Below, piece after piece: positions 38,843-47,653 of a DNA stretch of 64,000 nt (positions within the stretch are counted from its first letter, which is position 1; each line of letters begins with the position of its first letter). The stretch is from assembly GCA_017523755.1 (NCBI GenBank), contig JAFWWA010000028.1, positions 608 through 64,607 of the forward strand. Reading direction: 5' to 3'. The notes under the pieces were generated by a model. That model was not told the DNA's origin and searched no databases. It was given only the letters and a program-made list of their open reading frames with translations. Position numbers and translations under genes: made by a program. Origin of the DNA: Christensenellaceae bacterium (lineage in GTDB: Bacteria; Bacillota; Clostridia; Christensenellales; Christensenellaceae).

Positions 38843-38933
38843 GATATAACTAAAATAAATCAACATAAATTGTAAGAGTATGATATAATTATGATAAATC
38901 AACTAAAATTATAAAATAACAAAGGAGAGAATT

Positions 38934-39485
38934 ATGAAAGTTGTTGCTGTTTTAGGCAGTCCTCATGCTGACGGACCTTCAAATGTTATCGCTAAAGAGG
39001 TTTTACGCGGCGCAAAGGAAGCTGGGCATGATGTCGTTATATACGAGATCAATAAGATGAATGTTAAAGGCTGTCAGGCCTGTGGCGTCTGCAAGAAGAA
39101 TTACTGCGACTGCATTCAGAATGATGACCTGAAACCCTACTGGAAGGATCTTCATGAGGCTGGAGCGCTTGTCATTTCTGCACCTAACTACTGCTCACAG
39201 ATATGCGGTCCTATGATAACCTATATGAACCGTCATTACTGTCTCGTTTCAAACCTGCCCGGTAAGGCACCTGTAAGGGTTCATCCCGGCATCAAGCTCA
39301 TAGGTGTATTCTCACAGGGATGGGATAAGGCTGATGCTTATCTTGATACGTACAAGTGGTATCTCGGAGATTTCCAGAACAGGGACATGGAGCTTCAGGA
39401 TATACTCGTTCATGCAGGAAATATGCCTTATGATGAAGGCAGTGAACTTATGACGAGAGCATATGAACTTGGCAAGAATCTGTAA
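38934..39485 (+). CDS. Flavodoxin-fold NAD(P)H-dependent FMN reductase-like protein with a compact Cys motif (iron-sulfur flavoprotein-like)
   Basis: MKVVAVLGSPHADGPSN N-terminus (flavodoxin-like fold) and the motif C-QA-C-GV-C-KKNY-C (CX2CX2CX4C). 183 aa. Confidence 0.7.
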   Translation: MKVVAVLGSPHADGPSNVIAKEVLRGAKEAGHDVVIYEINKMNVKGCQACGVCKKNYCDCIQNDDLKPYWKDLHEAGALVISAPNYCSQICGPMITYMNRHYCLVSNLPGKAPVRVHPGIKLIGVFSQGWDKADAYLDTYKWYLGDFQNRDMELQDILVHAGNMPYDEGSELMTRAYELGKNL

Positions 39486-39524
39486 GTCAGACTGCTGACC
39501 GGGATAATTATTCACGTTCTGAGC

Positions 39525-39558
39525 AAAGACGGGCCGGAATATCGGTCTGTCTTTTTGT
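39525..39558 (+). terminator. Intrinsic terminator after the flavoprotein gene
   Basis: 12-bp stem AAAGACGGGCCG / CGGTCTGTCTTT (two G-U pairs), loop gaatat, then TTGTT. Confidence 0.65.
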
Positions 39559-39612
39559 TATCATCAGACAATATGATATGATATCTGTATGAAAATGACA
39601 GGAGTAATGACA

Positions 39613-40290
39613 ATGACAGACAGCAGGATCATCGGCATATTGAAAAGATCGATACTCTTTAAGGATATCGACGAAGAAAAAATAGGCGATGCTCTCTTTT
39701 TTTTCAAAGCACACGTAAAAAGATACAGGAAGGGCGATACGCTTCATCGTATGGGAGAACCAATGAAGGAATTCGGTTTCGTCATAAGCGGCATTGTCGA
39801 GGTTTATACGGATGACATGGAAGGGAACCAGATGATCATGGCAAATGTGGCGGAAGGGGAGACCTTTGGCGAGTCTCTCTCCTACCTTGACATAGAAGAT
39901 ACTCCTGTATATGTTTCAGCGAAGGAAGATTCGGAGATCATCTGGATGAGCACGAAAAACCTTCATCTGAGCCGGACCGCTCTCGATGATACCGGAAAAA
40001 GGATATATGAAAACTTCATCTGCATGCTGGCAACGAGAACTCTGAATATGAATGACAGGATACAGATACTGTCAAAGCTTACAATCAGGGATAAACTGAT
40101 CACATTCCTTTCCCAGTGTGAAAGGAAATACGGAAGCAGAGTTTTTGATCTTCCGTTTGACAGAGAGAGCCTTTCAACATATCTCGGGACAAACAGAAGC
40201 GCACTTTCCAGGGAACTTTCAAAGATGATGGACGAGGGGATAATCAGTTTCAGTAAAAACAGATTTGAGATCAAAAAAGCAGCTTACTGA
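39613..40290 (+). CDS. Crp/Fnr-family transcriptional regulator
   Basis: cNMP-binding-like beta-barrel (LFKDIDEEKI...YRKGDTL...GFVISGIVEV...GETFGE) and a C-terminal HTH (SLSTYLGTNRSALSRELSKMMDEGII). I chose the start at 39613 because a GGAG lies 8 nt upstream. There is no N-terminal Cys cluster. Confidence 0.8.
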   Translation: MTDSRIIGILKRSILFKDIDEEKIGDALFFFKAHVKRYRKGDTLHRMGEPMKEFGFVISGIVEVYTDDMEGNQMIMANVAEGETFGESLSYLDIEDTPVYVSAKEDSEIIWMSTKNLHLSRTALDDTGKRIYENFICMLATRTLNMNDRIQILSKLTIRDKLITFLSQCERKYGSRVFDLPFDRESLSTYLGTNRSALSRELSKMMDEGIISFSKNRFEIKKAAY

Positions 40291-40307
40291 TCAGCAAGCT
40301 GCTTTTT
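40274..40307. terminator. Bidirectional terminator between the crp-like gene and ald
   Basis: AAAAAGCAGCTT / AAGCTGCTTTTT arms around the CTGATCAG palindrome. It overlaps the crp-like stop codon. Confidence 0.75.
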
Positions 40308-40324
40308 CTGTAATACATTCAGTC

Positions 40325-41440
40325 TTATTTCAATGCTTCATATATATTCGTATAGTCAAGTCCCAGACTTCTTGCAACGTTTGCGTTAGTGCACTTGTGG
40401 TCGTAAATGTTTACGCCGTTCCCAAGTCCAGGATCCTTTTCCACAGCAGCCTCAAGCCCCATATTTGCCATCATGAGACCGTATTTTGACGTTGCATTGG
40501 CAAGAGCTACTGTTGAAGTGAACGGAACTGCTCCCGGCATATTGCCCACACAGTAGTGGACTATACCGTCCTCTATGAATACAGGATCGTCATGGCTTGT
40601 CACATGCGAGGATTCACAGCATCCGCCCTGGTCTATAGCAATATCCACTATGACGGCACCCGGTTTCATTATCTTAAGATGTTCGCGCCTTACGAGCTTG
40701 GGAGTCGAAGCACCGGGGATCAGAACAGAACCGATCACAAGGTCTGCTTCTGAAAGAGCCAGGCGTATATTGGATTCAGTGCTGTAAAGAGTAGTTATCG
40801 ATGAACCGAAAACATCCTCAAGATATGAAAGTCTGTTGAGGTTGATATCAAGAAGCGTCACTTCAGCATCCATTCCTACAGCGGCTTTTGCAGCATATGT
40901 TCCCGCGATGCCGCCGCCTATGATAGTAATCTTGCCTCTCTTGACGCCAGGAACACCGCCCAGAAGTATGCCTCTTCCGCCAAAGCTCTTTTCAAGATAT
41001 TTTGCTCCTTCCTGGATGGACAGCCTTCCTGCAATCTGGCTCATAGGTCTTAAACAGGGGAGATTGCCGTTTGCGTCAGTGATGGTCTCAAAGGCTACTG
41101 CCTTTATGCCTTTTTCAACAAGTATATCGGCAAGTTCCGCATTGGCTGCAAGATGCAGATAGGTGAACAGGATCTGACCTTCTCTCAGCTTGTCATATTC
41201 ACAGGGTTCGGGCTCTTTTACTTTTACAATCATATCAGCCTTCATGTAAACTTCGTCGGGAGTATCGGTGATGACCGCACCCGCATCAGCATAGGCCTTA
41301 TCAGAAAAGCCCGCCCCTTCTCCTGCGTGAGTCTCAACAAGAACGGTGTGGCCGTTTGATACGAATGTCATGACATTGTCTGGTGTGAGCCCTACTCTGT
41401 ACTCGTGATTTTTCAGCTCTCTTGTTGTTCCTATGATCAT
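40325..41440 (-). CDS. ald: Alanine dehydrogenase
   Basis: MIIGTTRELKNHEYRVGLTPDNV N-terminus and an NAD-binding IIGGGIAGT motif. 371 aa. AAGGAGAGG RBS. Confidence 0.9.
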   Translation of the reverse strand: MIIGTTRELKNHEYRVGLTPDNVMTFVSNGHTVLVETHAGEGAGFSDKAYADAGAVITDTPDEVYMKADMIVKVKEPEPCEYDKLREGQILFTYLHLAANAELADILVEKGIKAVAFETITDANGNLPCLRPMSQIAGRLSIQEGAKYLEKSFGGRGILLGGVPGVKRGKITIIGGGIAGTYAAKAAVGMDAEVTLLDINLNRLSYLEDVFGSSITTLYSTESNIRLALSEADLVIGSVLIPGASTPKLVRREHLKIMKPGAVIVDIAIDQGGCCESSHVTSHDDPVFIEDGIVHYCVGNMPGAVPFTSTVALANATSKYGLMMANMGLEAAVEKDPGLGNGVNIYDHKCTNANVARSLGLDYTNIYEALK

Positions 41441-41581
41441 TGATATTACCTCTCCTTAAAAGAAAATGACTTATTCCGAAACGTTCTTTTTCAATAATAT
41501 ACTGAAAAAACATGCATTTCAACAGAATAATATAAATTTTGCAATAATTTATCTTCGAAATTTCATATGAATGGAAATAAT

Positions 41582-41611
41582 AAAAGGACTCTGCCCTGTC
41601 TGGCAGAGTCC
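41582..41611 (-). terminator. Intrinsic terminator after the Gfo/Idh/MocA gene
   Basis: GGACTCTGCC / GGCAGAGTCC 10-bp stem. On the minus strand it is followed by TTTTATT. Confidence 0.8.
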
Positions 41612-41635
41612 TTACAGATATCACGGCACAGAGGA

Positions 41636-42604
41636 CTATTCTATAGGATACTTAAGCCCCCACTTGTTTCTTACGGCATCCATTACCTCCATTACTCTTA
41701 TGCTGTCGACAAGAGGCATCGAATCACATTCGATCCTGCCGGATGCGGCGGCTTCTGCGCATTCCCTGAATTCGTATTCATATCCGCTGAACTGTTTCGG
41801 GAAATCGATATGCTTGATAAGGTTGTCTTCGGTATCGAATACTGACAGGTCTTTCGGATTGTTGATATTCTCGACGACGATATATCCCTTATCGCCGTAG
41901 ATGATACCTTTTCTGTCGCTCCTGGCATAGATCCCGTGTGTAAGCACAGCCATCCTTCCGTCGTTATAGAAGAGGGTTATGCTCTCGAGCCCGTCAACTC
42001 CCGTATCTGTCATCCTTACGGAAGTATCTATCCGTTCAATGTCATCTCCGAAGTGCATCAGGGCAAAATTGAGTCCGTAAACACCAACATCCAGAAGGGC
42101 GCCGCCGGCAAGAGCAGGGTCCATTATCCTCTTATTCATGTATATGATGTATGACAGGTTTGCGGTGAGTATCGAAGGTTTTCCTATGATGCCGCTTTCG
42201 ATGGTATCCCTTATTATCTTTCTTGAGGGCATATATCTGGGCCAGATGGCTTCAGCAGCAAAAACGTTATTCTTTTTTGCCGCTTTTGCTATCTCCCTGG
42301 CCTGAGCTGCATTTACCGTGAATGCCTTTTCGCAGAGAACAGCCTTTTTGTGCTTTATCGCATCCATCATGTTCTCAAAATGTAAAGAATGGGGAGTAGC
42401 GACATATATCATATCCACATCAGGATCTTCATACAGCTCCTCGTATGAGCCGTATGCCTTTTCAAAGCCGAAGCGTTTCGCAAATTCCTCAGCCTTTTCA
42501 TATGTCCGTGACGCGACGGCGTAGCATTCCGTCTCATTTACTTCCGCTATGGTCGGAGCAACTGTCTGCGCTATAAGACCGGTCCCTAAAATGCCTATTT
42601 TCAT
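41636..42604 (-). CDS. Gfo/Idh/MocA-family NAD(P)-dependent oxidoreductase
   Basis: MKIGILGTGLIAQ Rossmann N-terminus and an EKAF motif (LCEKAFT). I chose the start at 42604 (GAAAGGAA RBS), which removes the overlap with the HAD gene implied by the ORF-track start at 42697. Confidence 0.8.
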   Translation of the reverse strand: MKIGILGTGLIAQTVAPTIAEVNETECYAVASRTYEKAEEFAKRFGFEKAYGSYEELYEDPDVDMIYVATPHSLHFENMMDAIKHKKAVLCEKAFTVNAAQAREIAKAAKKNNVFAAEAIWPRYMPSRKIIRDTIESGIIGKPSILTANLSYIIYMNKRIMDPALAGGALLDVGVYGLNFALMHFGDDIERIDTSVRMTDTGVDGLESITLFYNDGRMAVLTHGIYARSDRKGIIYGDKGYIVVENINNPKDLSVFDTEDNLIKHIDFPKQFSGYEYEFRECAEAAASGRIECDSMPLVDSIRVMEVMDAVRNKWGLKYPIE

Positions 42605-42674
42605 GATGCAGTTCCTTTCGGTATATGATCGTTTTGCTGGTACGATTAAATTATATGATCCGTGATAAAAAAGG

Positions 42675-43457
42675 TCAAATCGCGGCATTGAGAACATCTG
42701 TCAGGTATGAAGCGATCCCGTCGTCGTCGTTTGAAGGAATGATAAGATCTGCTGCGCGTTTTACCTCATCTACGGCATTCGATACTGCTATCCCAGTACC
42801 GGCTGCCTTAAGCATCTCTATGTCGGCATAATCGTTGCCGAAGGCCGTTATTGATTCAGGGGAAATGTTTAATTCTGAAGACAGGATGTTTAACGATGAC
42901 CTTTTTCCTACGTTTCTCTTTGTGAACCTGCGCATGGGAGTATCTGAGAATCTGACACAGTCCGATTCAGGGAACGAGTTGAGAAGAGAGACTAAGACAC
43001 ACGGGTCACTGATAGCGACGCAGAACTTCAGCGTTTCATGATGAAAATCATCAAAGTCACAGTATGTCGAGCCTTCCCATAAGGGGATTGCAGTCTCAGG
43101 ATTTTCCTTATATCTCCAGAAGTGCCCGGATAAAGTGTCACAGGACATTTCAACATCATCACCGAGGAGCTTTCTTGAGATATCGATCATAAGCCTGGTT
43201 TCATCTGCCGAGAACAGGGAACGGAAAACTGTTCTGTCTTTTTCCCGTATAAGGGCGCCGTCGCTTGATATAACTATATCAGGAGCGAGCATTTCTCTGT
43301 ATCTTTTAATATTGAACTCGCATCTTGAAGTGGATATACCTATAAGATATCCCCGTTTCCGGCATTTATCTATAGCCGAAAGGGTACGCCCGGAAATGGT
43401 ATTGTCACTTCTTAAAAGTGTCCCGTCAAGATCGAAGAGCAGCAGCTTTTTATCCAT
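42675..43457 (-). CDS. Cof-type HAD-IIB family hydrolase (sugar-phosphatase-like)
   Basis: LLLFDLDGTLL motif I, ISTSR motif II, and the C-terminal GNDYADIEMLKAAG motif. Confidence 0.8.
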   Translation of the reverse strand: MDKKLLLFDLDGTLLRSDNTISGRTLSAIDKCRKRGYLIGISTSRCEFNIKRYREMLAPDIVISSDGALIREKDRTVFRSLFSADETRLMIDISRKLLGDDVEMSCDTLSGHFWRYKENPETAIPLWEGSTYCDFDDFHHETLKFCVAISDPCVLVSLLNSFPESDCVRFSDTPMRRFTKRNVGKRSSLNILSSELNISPESITAFGNDYADIEMLKAAGTGIAVSNAVDEVKRAADLIIPSNDDDGIASYLTDVLNAAI

Positions 43458-43511
43458 TCTTTTTCTCTCTGTTCGTTTTCATGTGACCATTACATTATCA
43501 TCATATCATAT

Positions 43512-43539
43512 AAAAAGGGCAGCACATACAGTGCTGCCC
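43512..43539 (-). terminator. Intrinsic terminator after the 951-aa GH2 gene
   Basis: GGGCAGCAC / GTGCTGCCC stem. On the minus strand it is followed by TTTTTATATG. Confidence 0.75.
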
Positions 43540-43552
43540 GCCGGATATCAGA

Positions 43553-46408
43553 TTATCTCGGTATCAGGTCTTCGGGATCTATCTGCCTGCTGGCCTCCCA
43601 TTCTCTTTCCTGTTTGTCCATTATTCCCTTGATTTCGTCATCGCTAAGATATGCGAACCTGACCGGCCATCCTATACCTGTGACCCTGCCTGCATCATAT
43701 ATGAATACCCAGATCTCAAGCTTGTCGCCGGGCTTGAAGCAGTCGATGGAGAACACGAGCTCAGGTCTGTACTGTCCGAGCCACGGAGAGTCTGAAGGCA
43801 TTCCCGCTGTAACGGTCTTTTCCCCGTTGGTCACGAGCACCTTGCATCTGCTGTCTATGCCCTCAAAATAGAGAGCGAGCTTCTTTGAAGCGTCGTATTC
43901 CCCGATAGAAGGAACTGTTGCGTATGCATGATATGCATAGTTGAAGCTCGTGCCTACGGGATATAATGCAGCGCCGCCTCTGAAGAAATCGGGCATGCAC
44001 TGATAAAGCACGTCAGGTGACCCCTGAGTATCGATGAACTCCCAGTCCTCAAGGTTGTGGAGCTTCATGATCTTCTCCTCATCGATGGAATAGGGATGGA
44101 GCTTGGAGATCTGCCATCTCATGACGTAATTAGAATCGACTGTCTCAACGCGGTCCTTATACCCTTCCGCGGTCCTTCTGATCACGAGCTCAGCTTCGGG
44201 AAGTTCGGCGCATTTTGCCTTGACGACAAGATCGCCTTCGGTATCCATCGATCTGAAGAATGCCTGGCACTGTCCGTCATAGAAGCTTACGTTATCGGTA
44301 TGATAGGTAAGATAGTTATCTTCTCTTAAGCTGATACAGTTCATGAGCTCGCCCGCTTCATTGCAAGAGAAGGTCACGTGATAACCGAACTCGCTGCCGC
44401 ATATGTTGCCGTCTTTGTCGACAAGGAACGCGTTGACTATAGCTGCGTCATTGTTGTCAGCTGCCAGCTCGGGGTTTACCAGCTCGAGACGTATCGAAGC
44501 GGGCTTTCCGGGCGTCACGCTCGTATCCTCAGCCCAGAGCTTTCCGTTCTTGTAAACGACGATCTTTAGGGAGCCTGGCTCATATTCGGTCTCGTAAGGC
44601 GTGATGCTGTAGAGATTGGTCTTGACAGTGTCTGCGAGTTTGCCGTTTTTGTATACTTCACAGTAGTCGCCGTTATTTGCGAGATAGACCTTTACTTTGC
44701 TCCCTTCCTTTCCGGGGAAATCCCATGCCGGTGATATCTTCGCAAACGGATCGTCCTGTTTGAGATATGCTCTGAAGCCATATGCGGTATACATGAACTT
44801 GCCGAGAGCGTCTATGATCCTTCCTCTTCCGGGTCTTGATACCCATGCGGTAAAGTGGAATCCGCCCATGACATAGTCTTTTTCCGACTGTATGGCATCT
44901 TCTGCCATCCTTGTGCCCATGGTGAAATGAGGAGCATTTCCGAGCGGAGACACCATCTCAGAACAGTAAAGCGGTTTGTCCGGCTTCTGCTTGTGCAGCG
45001 CTGAGAAGTTGTGGGTCTGGTGATTTATGCCTATGATATCATAGTCGTCGTGCGCGCCTTCGGAGAATATGCCGTATGATGTAGCGCCTGAATACGGACG
45101 GCTGTCATCGAGCTTCTTTGCTGCGGCCTTGAGCTTTCTGAAGATCTCCTTGCCGGTCTCATGGGTAACGGTATCCTCTTCGTTATATAAAGACCACATA
45201 AGCACTGACGGATGGTTGCGGTCGCGCTTTATCATCCTTTCCACTTCGCTTATGACTGTCTTCGAAGGATGGAAGACTCTGTTCTCGTCCATGACGAGAA
45301 GACCGTATTTGTCGCAGTATTCGTATATCTTGTCGTTATGCGGGCTGTGGGCTGTCCTGTAGCCGTTGCTGCCCATCTCAGCTATAGTGCGGATATGGTA
45401 TTCGCACATCGAGTCTGTCATGGCGTCGCCGACTCCGAGGTAGGTCATGTGATTCGCAAAACCGTAAACGGTGGTATTCTTTCCGTTCACGAACATGCCT
45501 TTATCGGGATCGAAAGTGATCTCCCTTATACCGAAATCGGTAAAGTATTCATCTACGACGGTACCGTCAAGGATGATCTCGGTCTTAAGTGTGTAGAGCT
45601 TGTTGATCTGACGGTCTTTCCAAAGGACCGGGTCCTCGACTGTGACTTTCTGGTTGATCTTGGTGACTTCCTGCGCAGTAAACAGCGTATCTGAAGTGAC
45701 TGCCTGGCAGACCGTATCTCCGTCAGGCGAGATCACGGTGGACCTTACAGATGCAGTCTTGTCGTCATAGTAATCGTTAAGTACTTCGGTATCTATGCTG
45801 AGTTCCCACGAAGATCCGCTCAGATGACGCGATTTAACGAAGGTTCCCCACAGATCGACCGCAAGCCTGTCAGTCTTGCAGAGGTATACATTCCTGTATA
45901 TACCGCCGCCTTCGTAATACCAGGCTTCATAATCATGGCAGTCCGCGTGGACAGAGACCTCGTTTAAGGCTGAGCCGAATTTTGCTACTTCAGTTATATC
46001 GACCTCGAATCCTATGCCCGCTGTCCTGTTGGTCATGAGGAGCATGGAGTTCACATACACCTCGCATCTCGTCGAAACACCGTCGAACATGAGGGTGATA
46101 TGCTTGCCTCTGTCTTCGTCATTCAGTCTGAAGTACTTGCGGTACCAGGCAGATCCTCTGTCCGCAGGGAAATCATCATGACGCACACAGGGCTTTTCCC
46201 TGGTCTGTCCGTGTTCATAGACAAAATCATGAGGAAGCTGTACCGTCCTCCAGGCGGAATCATCAAAATCCCTTCTGGCCGGTCCTCTTGCATTTTCGCC
46301 TCTGGAGCCGCGGTATGTCTGGTCTGGACTGGTGTACTTTCTGTCAGGATATGACGGCTCTCCGTAATAAAAAAGCCAGTCACGGTTCATCAGTAACTTC
46401 TCTCTCAT
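43553..46408 (-). CDS. Glycoside hydrolase family 2 (beta-galactosidase/beta-glucuronidase-like), 951 aa
   Basis: MNRDWLFYYG...WRTVQLPHDF sugar-binding-domain signature, NHPSVLMWSLYNEE acid/base region, and a long C-terminal extension. Confidence 0.8.
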   Translation of the reverse strand: MREKLLMNRDWLFYYGEPSYPDRKYTSPDQTYRGSRGENARGPARRDFDDSAWRTVQLPHDFVYEHGQTREKPCVRHDDFPADRGSAWYRKYFRLNDEDRGKHITLMFDGVSTRCEVYVNSMLLMTNRTAGIGFEVDITEVAKFGSALNEVSVHADCHDYEAWYYEGGGIYRNVYLCKTDRLAVDLWGTFVKSRHLSGSSWELSIDTEVLNDYYDDKTASVRSTVISPDGDTVCQAVTSDTLFTAQEVTKINQKVTVEDPVLWKDRQINKLYTLKTEIILDGTVVDEYFTDFGIREITFDPDKGMFVNGKNTTVYGFANHMTYLGVGDAMTDSMCEYHIRTIAEMGSNGYRTAHSPHNDKIYEYCDKYGLLVMDENRVFHPSKTVISEVERMIKRDRNHPSVLMWSLYNEEDTVTHETGKEIFRKLKAAAKKLDDSRPYSGATSYGIFSEGAHDDYDIIGINHQTHNFSALHKQKPDKPLYCSEMVSPLGNAPHFTMGTRMAEDAIQSEKDYVMGGFHFTAWVSRPGRGRIIDALGKFMYTAYGFRAYLKQDDPFAKISPAWDFPGKEGSKVKVYLANNGDYCEVYKNGKLADTVKTNLYSITPYETEYEPGSLKIVVYKNGKLWAEDTSVTPGKPASIRLELVNPELAADNNDAAIVNAFLVDKDGNICGSEFGYHVTFSCNEAGELMNCISLREDNYLTYHTDNVSFYDGQCQAFFRSMDTEGDLVVKAKCAELPEAELVIRRTAEGYKDRVETVDSNYVMRWQISKLHPYSIDEEKIMKLHNLEDWEFIDTQGSPDVLYQCMPDFFRGGAALYPVGTSFNYAYHAYATVPSIGEYDASKKLALYFEGIDSRCKVLVTNGEKTVTAGMPSDSPWLGQYRPELVFSIDCFKPGDKLEIWVFIYDAGRVTGIGWPVRFAYLSDDEIKGIMDKQEREWEASRQIDPEDLIPR

Positions 46409-46437
46409 CTTATTCTCCTTTGTGTTGAATTAATCAT

Positions 46438-46446
46438 ATTATATCA
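46438..46446 (-). promoter_or_regulatory. Extended -10 element (TGaTATAAT) upstream of the GH2 gene
   Basis: The minus strand reads ggTGaTATAATatg, about 30 nt upstream of the AAAGGAGAA RBS and ATG at 46408. The -35 is weak (TTAAAC). Confidence 0.35.
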
Positions 46447-46462
46447 CCGAATACTTTAAAGT

Positions 46463-47560
46463 TTAACAGTTTTTTACTTGGGTTTCTTTTCTTTTGTTGC
46501 GCCTTATCCGGTTTATATGCCTTTCAAAATCTCCGTTCCGTATCAGGGAGGCTATCACGAACTGGATATATGTGGGGACCATACATGAATAGTAGGACAG
46601 TTCGGTGGAGTATCTCCCGCTCAGGGAGCGGGGAAGGACCATATATGCAGTCCTTAATGATGGGGATATGGAGACTGAAAATGTATTCATGTAGATAACA
46701 TTGTCAAGCTTTGACAGTGAGAAGAGTGTATCCTCCGGTTTTTTCAGTATGGCAAACTCAGATTCGAAATCGTCTTCAACGATCAGCCTGCCTCCTTTTT
46801 CGGCCCATCTCAGATACTCATGTCTTTTTGACGCTGAAGCGGTAACGCCGCTGGGGAAGCTCCTGTAGGGAGTGATGTGAAGGACATCGGCACTGCTCCC
46901 TTTAAGGGCTGAGCTTCTGATCCCGTCGTTTCCCAGCGGAAGCTTTTCGAGAGTTGCGCCTGCTCCCGAATAGACCTGCTCGATCTTGTTGTATGACGGT
47001 GATTCGATGGCATAGGTCTTATCCCTTCCTATAAGCTGTACTATCATATTATAAAGATATTCAGAACCTGCTCCGATGATTATCTCCTCCGGATCGGTCT
47101 CTATGCCTCTGCTTCTGGCGAGATACTCGCATATCGCTTCCCTGAGTTCGGTACATCCGCGGTCGGGGGAACGCATCAGGATCCCTTCGCCATAGGTGGA
47201 AAGAACGTTCCTCATCGTTTTTGCCAGTACTGAAAAGGGAAAGGATGTTATCCCCATACTGCTATTCACGGGTCTGATGCCATTGTCATATGCTTCAGCG
47301 GGTGACGCGAAGGCTTCGCCCGTGCTGAAGGAAACGAAATAACCGCTCCGCTCCCTTGCTTCTATATACCCTTCCTCCGCAAGCAGAAGATAGGCGTGTT
47401 CCGCAGTGACCACGCTGACCCCGGTCTCTTCTGCAAGCACTCTTTTCGAGGGCATCCTGGTGCCTTTCTGATACAGAGCGTGTATGATATCGTCTCTCAG
47501 CTGTATATACAGCTGCATATATGCCGGCCTTTTTTCGGCTTCGTTGACAGTATACTTCAT
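46463..47560 (-). CDS. MocR/GabR-like regulator (GntR-type wHTH + aminotransferase-like domain), short and lacking the PLP lysine
   Basis: wHTH region (RMPSKRVLAEETGVSVVTAEHAYLLLAEEGYIEARERSGYFV). The AAT-like domain has EDDFESEFA and NTFSVSISPSLR, where the canonical SxSK lysine is Val. It is only 365 aa. Confidence 0.75.
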   Translation of the reverse strand: MKYTVNEAEKRPAYMQLYIQLRDDIIHALYQKGTRMPSKRVLAEETGVSVVTAEHAYLLLAEEGYIEARERSGYFVSFSTGEAFASPAEAYDNGIRPVNSSMGITSFPFSVLAKTMRNVLSTYGEGILMRSPDRGCTELREAICEYLARSRGIETDPEEIIIGAGSEYLYNMIVQLIGRDKTYAIESPSYNKIEQVYSGAGATLEKLPLGNDGIRSSALKGSSADVLHITPYRSFPSGVTASASKRHEYLRWAEKGGRLIVEDDFESEFAILKKPEDTLFSLSKLDNVIYMNTFSVSISPSLRTAYMVLPRSLSGRYSTELSYYSCMVPTYIQFVIASLIRNGDFERHINRIRRNKRKETQVKNC

Positions 47561-47653
47561 CTGGTTATATAAAAAACTCCTGATTTGATTATTTATATAT
47601 TATCAGATGCGGTATATATTAGTAAAGTGATAGAATTGCTCGGGAGGCATAAT

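Noticed and set aside
38330-38902. 190-aa minus-strand ORF overlapping rplS
   Set aside because: It is antisense to the canonical L19 gene and runs through the rplS promoter and terminator. The translation looks AT-rich and random.
41441-41635. Small ORFs (41334-41624 minus; 41567-41845 and 41571-41900 plus) in and around the ald / Gfo intergenic region
   Set aside because: They overlap the ald promoter, a clear terminator hairpin and the 3' end of the Gfo/Idh/MocA gene. The translations are AT-rich noise without an RBS.
23951-46408. Two GH2 genes (23951-26446 and 43553-46408) as a possible recent duplication
   Set aside because: The protein sequences are clearly different GH2 subfamilies, one beta-mannosidase-like and one beta-galactosidase/glucuronidase-like. 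They share only family-level motifs.
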